A stretch of DNA of 61,759 nt, filler included, from Choristocarpus tenellus KU-1152 (taxonomy: Eukaryota > Protista > Phaeophyceae), in assembly GCA_964200185.2 (NCBI GenBank). It is 7 parts of 7 records of this genome, joined end to end, with 100 filler letters (N's around TTAATTAATTAA, not from the genome) between each part and the next. Parts side by side here need not be neighbours in the genome. Positions count along the whole stretch, not along the records: positions 1 to 18,054 come from CAXNAD020000584.1; 6 more parts are not named here. One strand, given 5' to 3'. Shown one piece after another: positions 1 to 13,000 of this stretch; position 1 is the first letter of the stretch, and every line of letters begins with the position of its first letter. Below the pieces are notes generated by a model. That model saw only the letters and a list, made by a program, of their open reading frames with translations, searched no databases and was not told the origin of the DNA. A program made the translations under genes and the position numbers.

Positions 1-115
1 TTTTGTGGTGGTGTTTATCGTAAAAATAAGAATATTCTCTTTTCCTTTTTTTGGGTCCAGGCAACACCCCCCCCTCCGCCCCCCCCCCCCCCCCCCCCCC
101 CAGATACTTTGGGTC
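1..115. mobile_element. MITE family B, partial copy at contig start
   Basis: Ends in the C-run plus CAGATACTTTGGGTC terminus shared with 7396-7571 and 43768-43945. Confidence 0.6.
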
Positions 116-371
116 TCAAACGTAACCCTAGCCCTAGCAACTCATACACTACCACCAATTTCTTGACTGGTATCAATAGCATGTATTATAGATGTCCTCT
201 CCCTCACACCAGCCAATATTGTGAGTGTTCAAGGGGTCTAGAAAGGCCAAAGGTATATCTTAGTCAAATGGCAACAAAACCCCACTAACAAAGGTTTCCT
301 GTTAGGGATGTAATGTGGACTGATGTCAACGGTCGGGCACCAAGAGTCAGCCTGGCTCTATGGTCAACTCT

Positions 372-3077
372 TCATGAACTCAACGCTTCCTGGAAGTTAG
401 TGAAGTTAGTGTAATGCATGCAAGTATTTTCCAGTTGGTCATGCACACTAAAACATGTGAGCAAAACACAGGGTACCTTCTCAATGAGATAACAGATATG
501 CAAGACAATGCTACACACCTGTGCCAAGCATGAATTTCCATAGTTGGAACAGGACACCCCAGTGCCATGGTACATCATGTTGGTGATGTCACCGTAGAAC
601 TCAGAATCACCCACATTTGTAATCACCACTACTATGGTGACATCAGCATCTGGGTCGACATCTCTGAGAGAAACTGTGTCAATGGCAAGCAAAAGTTAAT
701 ATATATATATATATATATATGTATGTATATATGTACTTGTATGAGAGAGAGAGAGAGAAAGAGGAGGGTTAAAGAGCCATTTAGCAGATGTATGCATACT
801 GAAGCAACTTCTTCCCCTGAAGAAATTCAAGTCGATAGATGTGATGTTAAGAAGCCCAGTCGGTCACCAGCTATCCGCCACCCCTTACCCACAGCAAAAT
901 GGGGATGCGTGAAACTCTGAAATTATAAGAGAGTATAAGAACAGAGCGAGCCTTGATAAGCACTGGGCACCAATCCATTGTAATTACCTGGGGGTACTGC
1001 TATGAACACAGCAACAGTTAGCTCCACACCATCGATGTTGCTTGTGGAAGAGTGGCTGCCACGCTGCAGGAAAGCACACAACCTCGAGAACACACGACCA
1101 ACAGCAGTCAGCTCACCCGTTCCAGCACACAGGACGTCGGTCCCGCTAACTCTCACATCGTTCCCTCCTTGATCACTAAACCTGAGATGGATTTGCATAG
1201 ACGCCATTCGTCAAGCATGCCCTTTGGGAGAGGCACAACTTGATACACATCGTGCAGAAGTCAGACCCACTGTCTCCATGGGTACTTTGTTTGCTTACCG
1301 GGCATACTTGTAGATGCTGGGGTTCAATTCAAGGTAGGCAAGGGCCCCTGTGACGTACAAAGCCTGTGCCTCCTCCGTCATTTGGGACAAACAGGTACTG
1401 CAGGAGAATTCTGCTGGGCAAATGTACATGCTGTACTTGAGGTACCCGCGAAGGTCTTTGTCCAGGCACTTCACCTAACCCAGGCAACAGCACACAGCGG
1501 TTAGGTACAAGCGCAGGGATGCATGTTTTAGGGCCACCCGCTCTGCTGCAGACCTACAGGGTGAAGAGTATTGAGCTGCCATACCATTCATTCAATGGAA
1601 CCTTACTTGCATGAATATTGACTTTGACTAATGCATTGGAGAGTATGAGCTCTCAGAGATGGCATTCCTTGTTGGTACCAGTCAATATTGTACAGTGTAG
1701 GACTAGGACACTCATCCCCACAATACAGGAAATAATTGTTTCAGGAGCCTTGATTAGGTTGGAGAAGAGCCACCAACACAAAGGTGCCACTCTTCCCACC
1801 ACACGTAATTCAGTTGCAGAATTCCTTCATCACTCAGCCACCCTACCTTGTAAGCATGTGAGTGAATGGCAGGGTGAGTAACGCCACTGCCCCCACTTAG
1901 TTGGTGGCACTCTTCAGTGGATATGTCCGGCCAGATGTAAGGGTTCTGTAATGGCAGCATCAAGAACGGAACAAACCTGTCGTCATTTGCATGTACTCTA
2001 AACTCGTGTAGAGAGGGAAAGGTGTGGTAATGCACTACTGTAACCTGTCCTCGAGATCATTGGTCGAGTACAAGGACAGAGGAAAAAAAAAACACGTTTT
2101 CTTTGATGAATGAAGAAGCAGCGTACAAGACCACCTACCCTTGCTTAGGGTTTGATGTCCAACAGTACAGGATGGTTGGTGAAGATATTGCATTTCTTCA
2201 TAGTCTGCTCGCTGGTGGAAGGAATGCAAAAATGTATACAGCAGTATGCAATTCACCTCTTCCAGGCAATCTCCTTCACAAAAAATCATTGCTGGGGACA
2301 CAACTCCTTCTCCCTGCTCTTGAGCAAACGCTTTGACTTTTGACAAAATGCTGACCACTTCGATAGGAGAAAGATTGGACTGTTATGAAGCAGAAAGGAC
2401 GAGAAGTTAGATGGGGGGGGGGGCACAGACTTGTTGTAGACACATCAAGTAAGTAGCCAAGGCGAGTAAGTGTAGGTTGACAGCTGTGTGTAGGAGAACA
2501 GCATAAGAGATCCTAAACCTAACCCCAACAGCAGCAACCCCTATTATATTACCATATCCTGTATCCCCTCTCCATCAGGAGGTGCAGGTGCGTGCAAATT
2601 TAGGAGGTGTCCACAGAGCGAGGAATGGAGCTGTTGCTTAAACAAAATACCCTCGTTCAGACAACAGACTTACTCTCAACGGCTCAGTGGTAACCACGCT
2701 AGATCCCCAAAACCCTCTTGGCAACACAAAATGGCACATTTCAGGTCTGTGTCCCATCTGAAGTATGGAATCATCTTGTCATTTCTTCTGGGAAATCCAA
2801 TCTAAGCCTCTCTCAGTAAATTTTATACCTGATGCATATCGGTGGGCTCATTGAAGCCTGACAAGAGGGGCGATGGACTGTGCAGTGTCTCGAGGTTGTG
2901 CAGGTTTTGGTCTGTGATGTCTCCTTCTCCCTGCACCACGAGCATATACTCAGATGAGTACATATCTTCCGATCCAGGAATGTCGGAGACTGTGTCAGGG
3001 ATATTTCCAAGGGACCGGTCGTACCTGCGGGGCACCACATTGCCACGGCTGCCTTCACCTCATGTGACATTGATTGC
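372..3077 (-). pseudogene. GH128 (Glyco_hydro_cc) beta-1,3-glucanase-like gene, 7 exons, degenerate or 5'-incomplete
   Basis: Phase-consistent GT-AG exons 3077-2829, 2379-2257, 1945-1847, 1474-1299, 1181-988, 673-519, 389-372. The spliced product has the GH128 motif order: YDRS (YNW), EYMLVVQG (EFVPMxWG), LSGFNEP, Q|SNLSP, VVSPAMIFCEGDC, NPYIWPD...AIHSH, KYSMYICPAEFSC (PIWxTEF), YLELNPSIYKYARFS (YAWF), GELTAVG. In-frame TGA at 3062-3060 if the 3077 acceptor is used; no start or signal-peptide exon found. Confidence 0.8.
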
Positions 3078-3199
3078 CTGAATGGTGTATGGTTCCTGTG
3101 GGCTATTTGCTACTGTGGAGCAAGTAATGGTCGTCTGTATCATTTGTGTGTAGATAGATACTAGTTCCAATGCAAGTAACACCATACAAATGTGCGACT

Positions 3200-4190
3200 T
3201 CATATCATCTACTCACCACGAAGATAGATCAGGTGAAGGCTCTTCCACATTTCCCATGCAATCGAAGGAGAACGGCTCAGTGTCGTCAAGAGCTTCCGGC
3301 GACCACTCTTCGCTCTCGCCGTACATCTTCAATCGAAAGTGAGAAGGAGTTCAGCGTCCGGACTTGTTGGTGAATCAAGGGTGATGAAAACAATCGACGG
3401 CAGTCTAAGGTACACACCTAGGTCTCACACTCGACACACTATCTCTTAGCAATACTGCTGCGTCTTTCTTTTGGTGTAGGCACGACTTCAGCTGATGATC
3501 AATGTAAAATTGAGGGTCGCACAGGACAGTTGGGAAAGGTACGACTTGGTTTGATGATTCCATTTGCTGCATGATAACGAGCTTCTTTCAATAGCGAACA
3601 CGTGCTGCCTGTTCGAGGAGGACACATTTCGATACACCATGCACACTCCCCTCCCCGCTTCACCTCCACGTGACTCCTACCCCTCCCGTCGACACCATTG
3701 ATGAGATCTCCCGACACTTCGACCCCTATAAGAGAAACCAGGACACGTGATGTGTTAGTCGAATAGACACTGGGTTGTAATGTGGCACTTCAGTATTGAA
3801 TGCACAGGTATCCAATATCAAACGGACTTCCTGACGAGTCGGTAGTTTGGAGCAGAAGACGAAAATCCATCAACTATTCCAATTGTCAGTTGCCAGTCGC
3901 CCACCTGCGGGGCAGTCGTACCCTTGTTGCGGGATCTCGACTTCGCCGAGAAGGATAGCAGCCACCTCTTCGTGCCCTCTCAATATGATATGGAGAGCAT
4001 TAAGAGCACGCAGATAGTTCTGGTTCTCGACGTCTTCTTCATCTTTGAAGGACATGGACATTTTGACGCAGGTTTGACCGGAATCTGGTTGTGACAATAC
4101 TTCTCCAACTGCAAACGTGACCGGAATCTGGTTGTGACAATACTTCTCCAACTGCAAACGTCTCCAGAGTTTGTGGACCAGAGTTTCAAT
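3200..4190 (-). mobile_element. Possible decayed LTR-retrotransposon gag-like relic
   Basis: Stop-interrupted fragments FKDEEDVENQNYLRALNALHIILRGHEEVAAILLGEVEIP and GGECAWCIEM loosely resemble the Ty1/copia gag N-terminal pattern. No LTR, PBS or pol identified. Confidence 0.3.
4075..4161. repeat. Perfect 43-bp tandem duplication
   Basis: TGACCGGAATCTGGTTGTGACAATACTTCTCCAACTGCAAACG repeated at 4075 and 4118. Confidence 0.95.
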
Positions 4191-6969
4191 CCAATTTTAG
4201 TTCACGCAGTGTCTTTCCATTGGACAAACCTCACACGATAACGACTAAGGATTCGTTCGTTCAATCTTGTTAAAAACGTTTCGCCACCATTATTTTATTA
4301 TTACGCCCTCTGACATTTTGTACGTGCGTGAGGGGAAAAACTAATCGAAACTATTCACACGTCTGGAAAATCCCTAAAAAAGTAACAGTTGTCACAAAAA
4401 AAAGTGAAAAATGTGTGAAATCTATTTACTATTCTACTACTACGTATCTATGTTGTACTACTGCCTTCCTGTGTCTCAAACCTATTCCTGCACCCCGCAG
4501 GGTGAGGAGGTTGGGAAGCTCGTCACCTTGATTAAAAGCGTGTACAGTAGGCTTGCAGTTTAGAGGGTGGTAAGGTATGACTCATACGATATTTTTGGAA
4601 TTCGACGTAACAATACAGTACCCCCCTAAAATGGGAAACAGATTTTGGAGAGATATTTTTCACATTTACAACAGCTGTTACCTTTATATGTAGGGGTTCT
4701 TATGATATTGAATTGTCTCTTCCCCTCACACATAATAAGCAAAATGTTAGACGCTACAGTAATATCGTTTCCAAGCTTGAAGCGAGTGTTTGGAGTATAG
4801 ATAGGTGGTATTCAAATAATAAATTGATTTTAGAGAGATATATTACGTTTACGACAACTCTTGCTTGATGATGTTTTCGGGGATCCTTGTGATACATCGG
4901 TTTGGGCTTTTCCCTGACCCATCTGGAAAACGTCCAGAGGAGGGCAAAATAGTATAATGCTGAGTAAAATATTTCTTAGTATATGCAGACCGAAAATCAA
5001 GAAATGTTTGTGTTGTGAATGGAAAAGAAAATCTAGGAGTGGAAGCGTCTCAAATCGATTAGAAATTTGTCCATGCACGTGATTATAATCCAATCGTGAG
5101 AGAAGCGCATTGGACGGTGCATACTCGTCAAATAGTGCGCACAAAGGGAAGATACGTTTAAAAGCGCTCACCATTCATTTATTTGCCTTATTGTGGTGAG
5201 ACTTGGAATTCTTTTATTTTGTTGAATTATCTCTCCCCCTCCCCCCCTCCCTCTATGGTATGGACAAGTAAATAAAAAAGGATCAATCCATGACTGTAAA
5301 AGGAAAGGACCATGGGACCCAACCACAATCATCGCTGACCTTTCTACTCACTGAAACGGTTCCACAGGATGTTGGTTTGAAACTACAACACAACACTGTC
5401 GCTCCGACACAATGGCCCGAGGTCTAAGGCAAGCAAGATTTTCTTCCCCTGAACATACTACAAAGCGGCAGGAACAAAGATTATCACAATCTCCTTATAG
5501 GTCTTTTTTGGGTGGCTTCAAACGAACACAATATAGATGATATACCAAGCACCTACGATAACAGTGAGTGTACCGAAAAACTTTCAAAACGAGTCAGAGA
5601 AGGATGAAGCACCCAACCTGTGACCAGGATCCAAGGAGGGGAGCATCACCTTCGCGACCAAGCAACAACAGTCGGAAATATTGCTGTGTTGCTGAATCCA
5701 GGAATCGCAGGAGGAACATTTGTTGCATTGTGTTGACCAGGTCCAAACATGCAACCACCAGCAGCAGAGAGTTGCACTCACACTGAACAGTGGAGAGGAT
5801 ACATGTGGAGTACTAGTATATATTTTGGAACAAAAAACAATATACTTTCAACATGTATCCACCTCATCTACCTTAATTCCTGTCTTGCTGTTGTTCCGTT
5901 CAATTCGTGAAGTACTACTCAGTAGGACCACAAACTACAAGCAAGTATGATACTCAACAGCCAATACCACACACTAATCTAGTTGTTGCAAGAGCAGTAT
6001 TTAGCTTGATGAGTTGATCCAAGGATATACCTAACATTCAATGTGTAAGGATACGGCTAGTCATGCCTCAATCGGTTTTAGCTGTTTTAGATACTTGTGA
6101 TAGATCGTGTCACCTGCCCATGAAACAGTGACCACAATACATGTATAACAACACAACGAATTACACAATTTGCGGCAACGTATCATGTATATAACAATGA
6201 CAATTGTTGGAGGTGCTTGTGTGTGGCACCTCTTTGATGTTTTGTGAAACAAGTCAACGATCATATTCATGATGATTATGGAGTGTGGATCCAAAGGTAG
6301 TAATATGTACCCATTGTGTCAGGTGGAAGATTTGGTTCATCAACGGGTGTACCACTCTAACTCCATGTACCACTCCCCGTATACCACTGATGGAGGACTG
6401 GGCCATCAATGAACTCATTACAATCGGGAATAATAATAAGGAAAAACTGCTTTCGGCTAGGGCTCTGCTGGTGGCGTCATCAGTGCATATACGGTCAACA
6501 ATGAATTGAAACTCACCTGACTCTTGGCATATACATAGATATATCAGCAGCCTGATTGGCGCTACGCTCAATTCAGTGAAGGCTTAGGGATTAACCCCCC
6601 CCTTGCTTCACATTCTTCTACAACAGCAGTTACAGCAGTACGAGCTTTAGCACAGAATTGGATACTACGATGGAGATGCGCCAAATATCTCGTCTGTTCT
6701 CTTCGGAGTAATTTTTAACCAATTTTCCTTGATGTTTCCAAATTTTCAGTGCCCAACCCGAAATTAGACCTCCCAACTAACCGTAACATGGGGTTGTAAT
6801 CTGCAAATGGTCACCAACGTAATACGACCAAACTTGCCATATTTAGTAGTATCATAGCATGCAATAGTCGCTTCTTCATTTCATGCGAAGTTTGAGTAAG
6901 GAGTAGAGAGGGCCATCTGGATTTTTCATCACAGTGTACCGCCAGTGACATCCAGAAACAGGCACACTT

Positions 6970-7204
6970 GAGGCAAATCAATTGAGAGGTGGGCAGGTTT
7001 GGACCCCTTTGCACTTCAAGCCAGCTCTTTCCACCCTGTGCAATACACTCTATTCCATTGCTTTGTGTGGACATTAGTGTCCACGAAATCGGTATTCTCC
7101 CTTCCACACACAAGGTGACACCACCTTTAAGTAATGCCTCTTTCTACTACCTTTCTCAGGATCCTTAAAATGCAACCCTGCCAAACTCTCAATTGATTCG
7201 ACCC
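6970..7204. mobile_element. MITE family C copy
   Basis: TIRs GAGGCAAATCAATTGAGAGGTGGGCAGG / CCTGCCAAACTCTCAATTGATTCGACCC; internally homologous to 18848-19104. Confidence 0.8.
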
Positions 7205-7395
7205 CCTCCTACCTACTGTACACATAATAAACGGTACATGCACAAACTGCTACCACACACAAGCCCCCATGCCTGTACTGACCTGAACACTACATCAATG
7301 CGGCTAGCTATATCAGAATTCTCGATGACTAGTTATACTGCCCAGAGTGTATGCAATAGATGAGGTCTAGATTGTCATTGCTCCCTCAGAGTTAA

Positions 7396-7571
7396 GACAC
7401 AAAGTATCTGATGGGGGGTGGCGGCTGTCCATTTGGGGTCAATTTTCTATGTCGCTATTTTTGTGTGACCTGGTCGCATACATCAGATGGATAATGTAGA
7501 TGTACTTTTTCATATTTTCGTCCAAATGGACACCCTGGTGTAGATCCCCCCCCCCCCAGATACTTTGGGTC
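7396..7571. mobile_element. MITE family B copy (~176 bp)
   Basis: TIR GACACAAAGTATCTG+G-run / C-run+CAGATACTTTGGGTC; subterminal inverted GTCCATTTGG / CCAAATGGAC. Confidence 0.85.
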
Positions 7572-9031
7572 TATCCTCCATGAGTTCTTCCAGCTCTGTC
7601 CTTACACCTCACCAAAAGCGGAACCTTTTTCTTCCTTTTTGTGTGGAAAAAACAAGCACCGGAACAAAACTCGGCAAGACATAAGACAGCAACGTCAAAA
7701 CTGAGAGAGACCTAACCCTAACTCCAACCCTAACCCATAATATATGCACCCTTACCTGAAGTACAGTACACACTATACATGAACAGTCACAAGTTAGTGT
7801 CGAGTGGAGGGGGAAGGTCAAGGAAGGCCTGCCTCCCCCAATTGAGGGGGGAGTTAATGCATATAGAGAGGAAAATCATGTCTCCCTGCAGCACAGGTCT
7901 ATGGAGTGGCTAACACACTGTGGTACCGCTTGCCTCCCCTTGGTCCCTCGCCTGACCCAGTGCGCTCTCACCACTAGTACCCGGTAGCACTAAAAAAGGG
8001 CCTTTCCCTGCGCCTACAAACTCTACCATCTGTAGTCAGTGAGACAGAGGATGACTTCAAACAGTCAGTACCGATAAAACATAAGCAGGCGGTTCAAAAC
8101 TCATGTCAAAACGCAACTGTCCTCTTTTTGCAATGGGGCTTCCCACACGTCTAGAAGCCTCGAAAATCCATCATAAATCGCAGGTCTATTCCTGAGAGGG
8201 AGGCATCTGGTAATACTCCTGCAGTGGGAAGTCTTCACAGCATGAACGCACTGTTTTCTTAGCAACAAAATATGGCACTCCATTTGCCACCTATTTCCAC
8301 CCTGTTAAGTACATAGGGCCATTAGGGTGGGGGCCGCCAACCAAGTACGGGACATCCCCTATTTGTGCCACTGAAGGTGGCAGGCAGGGAGGTAAATTGG
8401 ACTCCAATGCGCAACGGGGTGCCGATTTCCCAGGAAGCTAGAGGTGACCAATAACTAAATATGAGGGTGGATGGGTTGGCGGGTTGATATGGTAACGTAT
8501 GATGGTCTACTTACTGCTCAAGGCGTAACCTAACCTCAATATACCTTTAGTGGCTCTTTTCCCGGTCATACTGTACCCTTATCCTAACCTTGACCCTCCG
8601 TACACACCCGATGGTGGGGCATTGGGACAGTACGAGGTACTGAGAACTATTGCTGACATTTCAAAGGTACACCTGAAAAAGGTCATCAATGATTTCTTGC
8701 ACAACAATAACAGTCGCACCGTACCTGATGTGGTACAATATTGAACCCTATCCTATAACTCAATTGTATTCCTCCCTCTCCCCTTTAATTTTGCAAACAA
8801 ACAAACAAAATGATCCTCCTAGTGGTGGGGTATATGCGTGTGTGTGTGGGGGGGGGATCAGGAAAATGTGCTGCAAGATTGGTTCCCCTAATCGTAGCAC
8901 CGCATAGGCCTTGGGGTATGGAAGGGGTTCGACATGCAAGGGTACACCCTTAAAATGCTTGATTTATCGAAGCGAGTGTGTGCAAGAGGTGCTCACATCC
9001 CTGGTGAGAGGCGGCTCTTGACCAACACCCC

Positions 9032-9972
9032 CTATCTGTACACCTCAGCACTGTATCCCTCTTCTTCATCCTTGACCTCATCTCTGCCATCTACAACAAC
9101 GGAGGAGCAAGAGTGACGTCGGAAGACCCAACCTATGCAGTCAAATACATCCTGAAGCTCTTCTGTAGGAAGATGCTGAAGCAGTGTGCAAGGATGTGTG
9201 TAACGTTCCATTTTCGGAAGTTGTTTGGGGGGGGCGGGGTCGGGGGCGGGGACGTAGGGGAGGAAGGGGATGAGCATCCTCATACTTACAACACTGTTGT
9301 TAGAATTTAAAAAATCTGCAGGTTACACATAAAGAGTAAAAATTTACGTATTTGTTCCTCTGGGTGTTCTTTGTCAACAAGAATGAAAAAAGCAAAATGT
9401 ACAAGGTTTTGGTAGGAGTTGATGAATGAGACTACAAGAACAGCTTGGAAATCCCCGCGGGGCTGTTAGACCCAAACTACTGCGACCAAAAGAACATTGC
9501 TAATTCACTACTCTAGAGTGCTACGTAGTGCTCGGTAGCATGATACCAGCAGAATTACAAGGGATTAGGTTTATAGGACCAAAGATGCGATTTTGTATTC
9601 AACGACATCCAACTGTGTAATGACAACATTAAAAAAAGACTTTCACACTTACACTTCACTGACATCTTGCAACACGATTTTTTTTTGTATGAGAAGGTAC
9701 ACACAGCAGTTCATGCTGCACAGATAGCAAAAAAAAAGGGAGCAAGAAATAGACGGCGACTCCCGATTTAATAATAACAATAATAAATAGTGATATACAA
9801 AAACATAAACGAGAGGTATTACACAATGCGAGGCGTAGATTCAATGCATCCGTCCACGCTTCAATGATTAAGAAACAACAACCAGGTTAATGTCGTCACC
9901 GATGACTAGACAACGTGTGTCACCATATCAGACATAGTTCGCATGACCTACAGCAGTATTCAACACATCACA

Positions 9973-10004
<32 letters not shown>

Positions 10005-13000
10005 GGAGGGGGGGGGGGGGGGAGGGAGGGAAGGAGAGGAAAGCATTTTCTGATTTCACAATCCCCCCACCCATTCCAAACACACTACTCTGAAGAAATT
10101 GTCGCCGAAGCCCGTCTCCCTTCTGACCCTCCCACAAGTTGTTTCTATCACTATCTTGTAGCACTGTGTTAGGAACGTTCCTCGCCTGCAGTACCACGAG
10201 CACGGTGGAGTAGATCCCCTCCCCCTGCCCTTCCGAGGGGTCTGTGCCATGAGCAAGAGCTCGGATAACGCCTACAACCTGTTGCAGTGTGAAAGAAGAG
10301 AGAGGCCGGGAGTAATCAAATGAGGCAGTGTTGGAGGGGGGGGGAGGGGGAGAGAGAAAAGAAAGTCACAGCACTACATACATGTATTGTATTGTAGCAC
10401 TAATTATACCCTGTATCTATTTCAGATTTCATTTCTCATTGTGAGAAGTGCTACGGGAGCATTCCAATCTCCACATAGATTTGACGTGTATTGCTGAGTA
10501 GGCCCCAAGTATAAGGCACCAGCACTAGTAACATACAGATAATATATAGATATAATGCATACAGAAGGATGGACAAACAGGGATTACTTGGGTCTTACTC
10601 AGTACCTACATGACACAATCCCGAATAAGATAGAATAAGATCAGAAGGGCCTGAAAAAAATAAGAAACATTGAAGCAAATTATACCCATGTATATCAATA
10701 CAAAACATACACAGCACACACACACAAACTAACAACACAAACCTGACAAAAACAAAAAACTCCACAACTTAAAAAAAAAATCAACGGCCCGTCATTACCC
10801 TCTCTCTACTGGAGGCGTCCAAGTGACTGAGCACCTCGTCCAGCACCAACAGACTGCAAGAGAAGCAGCTATGTTTTCGAGCCAGCTCTGCAAACGCAAG
10901 CTCCAGAGCAAGGCTCACGCGTCGCCACTGATCCCCTGACAGCTGCGAGAGCAACCGCGGACGGTAGCCTCCCCCCTCGGCCCCAGGGCTTCCAACGACG
11001 GCCACAGACGACCACAGAACGCTCCCTGCCTTTCCATGCGGAGCGAATGCCGATGCTCTTCATGATACGGTCGCCTTCCATGGTGAGGTGGAGTCGAAGC
11101 GCACCGTCGGAGATGGAGTAGAGGTAGCTGTGGAGATGTTGGAGAGTAGATGGAGAAGTGCCTTTGTGAATATATCATGAACCGGTTTGGGAAAGGTGGT
11201 GAGAGGCATGGAGGGGGGGGGGGGGGGAGGGGAATCAACCTGTTGGTCTATAATAGAAAAGGCATGCGTTATTCTATATGCCTTGATAAGTTCATCTTCA
11301 TTAAAAAAACAAAATTGCAGAAAAATAAGCAGATTGTCATGCCTGTACCTTGGGGGGAGACTACGATGTGTTCCGAAGAAATGTTAATTATTTTTTGCAC
11401 CAAAAACTGGGTTTCAAAACGTTAGACAAAAACAAATAAGATAATTACGTAGATAGTATCAGTAATTATTTCTACGTCTCTACAGACAGGTCTACGTCCC
11501 TACAACAATTAACAATATATATATATATATATATATATGCTGAAAAATATAAAATATATTGGGAGACACGTACGCAAAAGCCCGCACACCCGCACAAACT
11601 CTCTACAAACTCCCCGGGCGCAACAGACAGCACATTTCCCTTTGCAACAAATCGGGTCACCTTGAGGCCTTCCACACACAGAAACATGCACTAGTCTCAT
11701 CAATAACCCACCCATAGCATGAAAACAAACATACACACAAACACTCTACCAAAACCTCACCCATGAATGCCCTCAACTCTACGCCCCCCTCCCCCACCCC
11801 CCCTACCCCCCTACCCCATCCCCAATTTCCTTGGCCACAACTATTACCGTTCCACGTTCCCCTGCAGCTGCTGCTCCACAGCCTCCCGGAAGACAAACGC
11901 CTGAACACCACGGACGCTGAAGTGTTCTGCCAGAGCTAAAGCACACACCATCAATGAGCAACTACAACACAGAGAAGGGAGAGGGGAGGTGAGACACAAA
12001 GAGCCAAAGTAAACAAACGAGGGAGGGAGAGCTGAGTTGCAAGTTCCCCTCTGCATTTTGTATCTGGTGGTGTGTGGTTTGGAGGACACAGGCCATTTCT
12101 GTTAGGTTTGAGAGTACATTCAGTTCACAGAAGGAACTTATCTCTCTTTTTTTAATGTCAATAAATCTTATTTATTTTTGAATTGAGAAACCATAACCCT
12201 TGAAATAAAAGCTCGATACAACCAAAACATCCCCCCCCCCCCAGGCATGGACATAGATGGACTCACGGTTGACTCAGAGGTACAGTGTGACTACGAGGTA
12301 TACCTCACTACATCATATATTGAGAGCGGCACCCATTTCAAGTTTCTTGGGTAGGCTGATGATGGTCTTGTGTACGTACGTACATGGATTTAATGCAAGC
12401 GCAGTAGGACTGCGGATGATAGATAGTGTTCAACACACACAACTGGATGTTGGTAGATAGCCCAAACACAATGTGGGTTGCTACGAGAGCTGATGGCAAC
12501 ACTCCATCACAATATATATATATATACAGAGGAAAATAGATCGGGTTAATCTTCTCACTTCTGGAATGCGTGGTGTGGGCAAATCAGACGCTGTGTGCGT
12601 CAAAGCAGTTACGCTTGCATTTGGTCGATGTGTGACAGCTGTTTCACACTGAGTGTTGACCAATCAGACGCCTCCTCTACTAATTTTGAAAAATATAACT
12701 TTTTTCAAAACCTCTTTGCCTACTCCCCTCGCTGCAGTCTATTGAATTGGGTAGACTGAGAGAGGGGTTGTACAGTGTTTGGGTTAGGGATAGAGTTAGG
12801 GGAGTTCAGATGGCTCCCACTACATTCTGTTGTCTCAAAGCAGCCACTACCAAGTCACCCTCGTGGTATGCCAATCACACTGATTGCCTACTTCTCTCTC
12901 AAGTCTCAAAGCATGCTCTTATCTATTGTTGTTGTGTATGTGTGTCTAGCCTACCAGACGATGTCTACCAAAACAACTACACTCTGTAACTAGAACGGCC

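Noticed and set aside
4614-4925. Pogo/Tigger-like relic (TA-CAGTA end, RKRNISL fragment)
   Set aside because: No matching second TIR and the motif is too short to support.
5405-5445. tRNA-Leu/Ser-like 5' half (GACACAATGGCCCGAGGTCTAAGGC)
   Set aside because: No T-arm/B box or acceptor-stem complement; not a tRNA gene.
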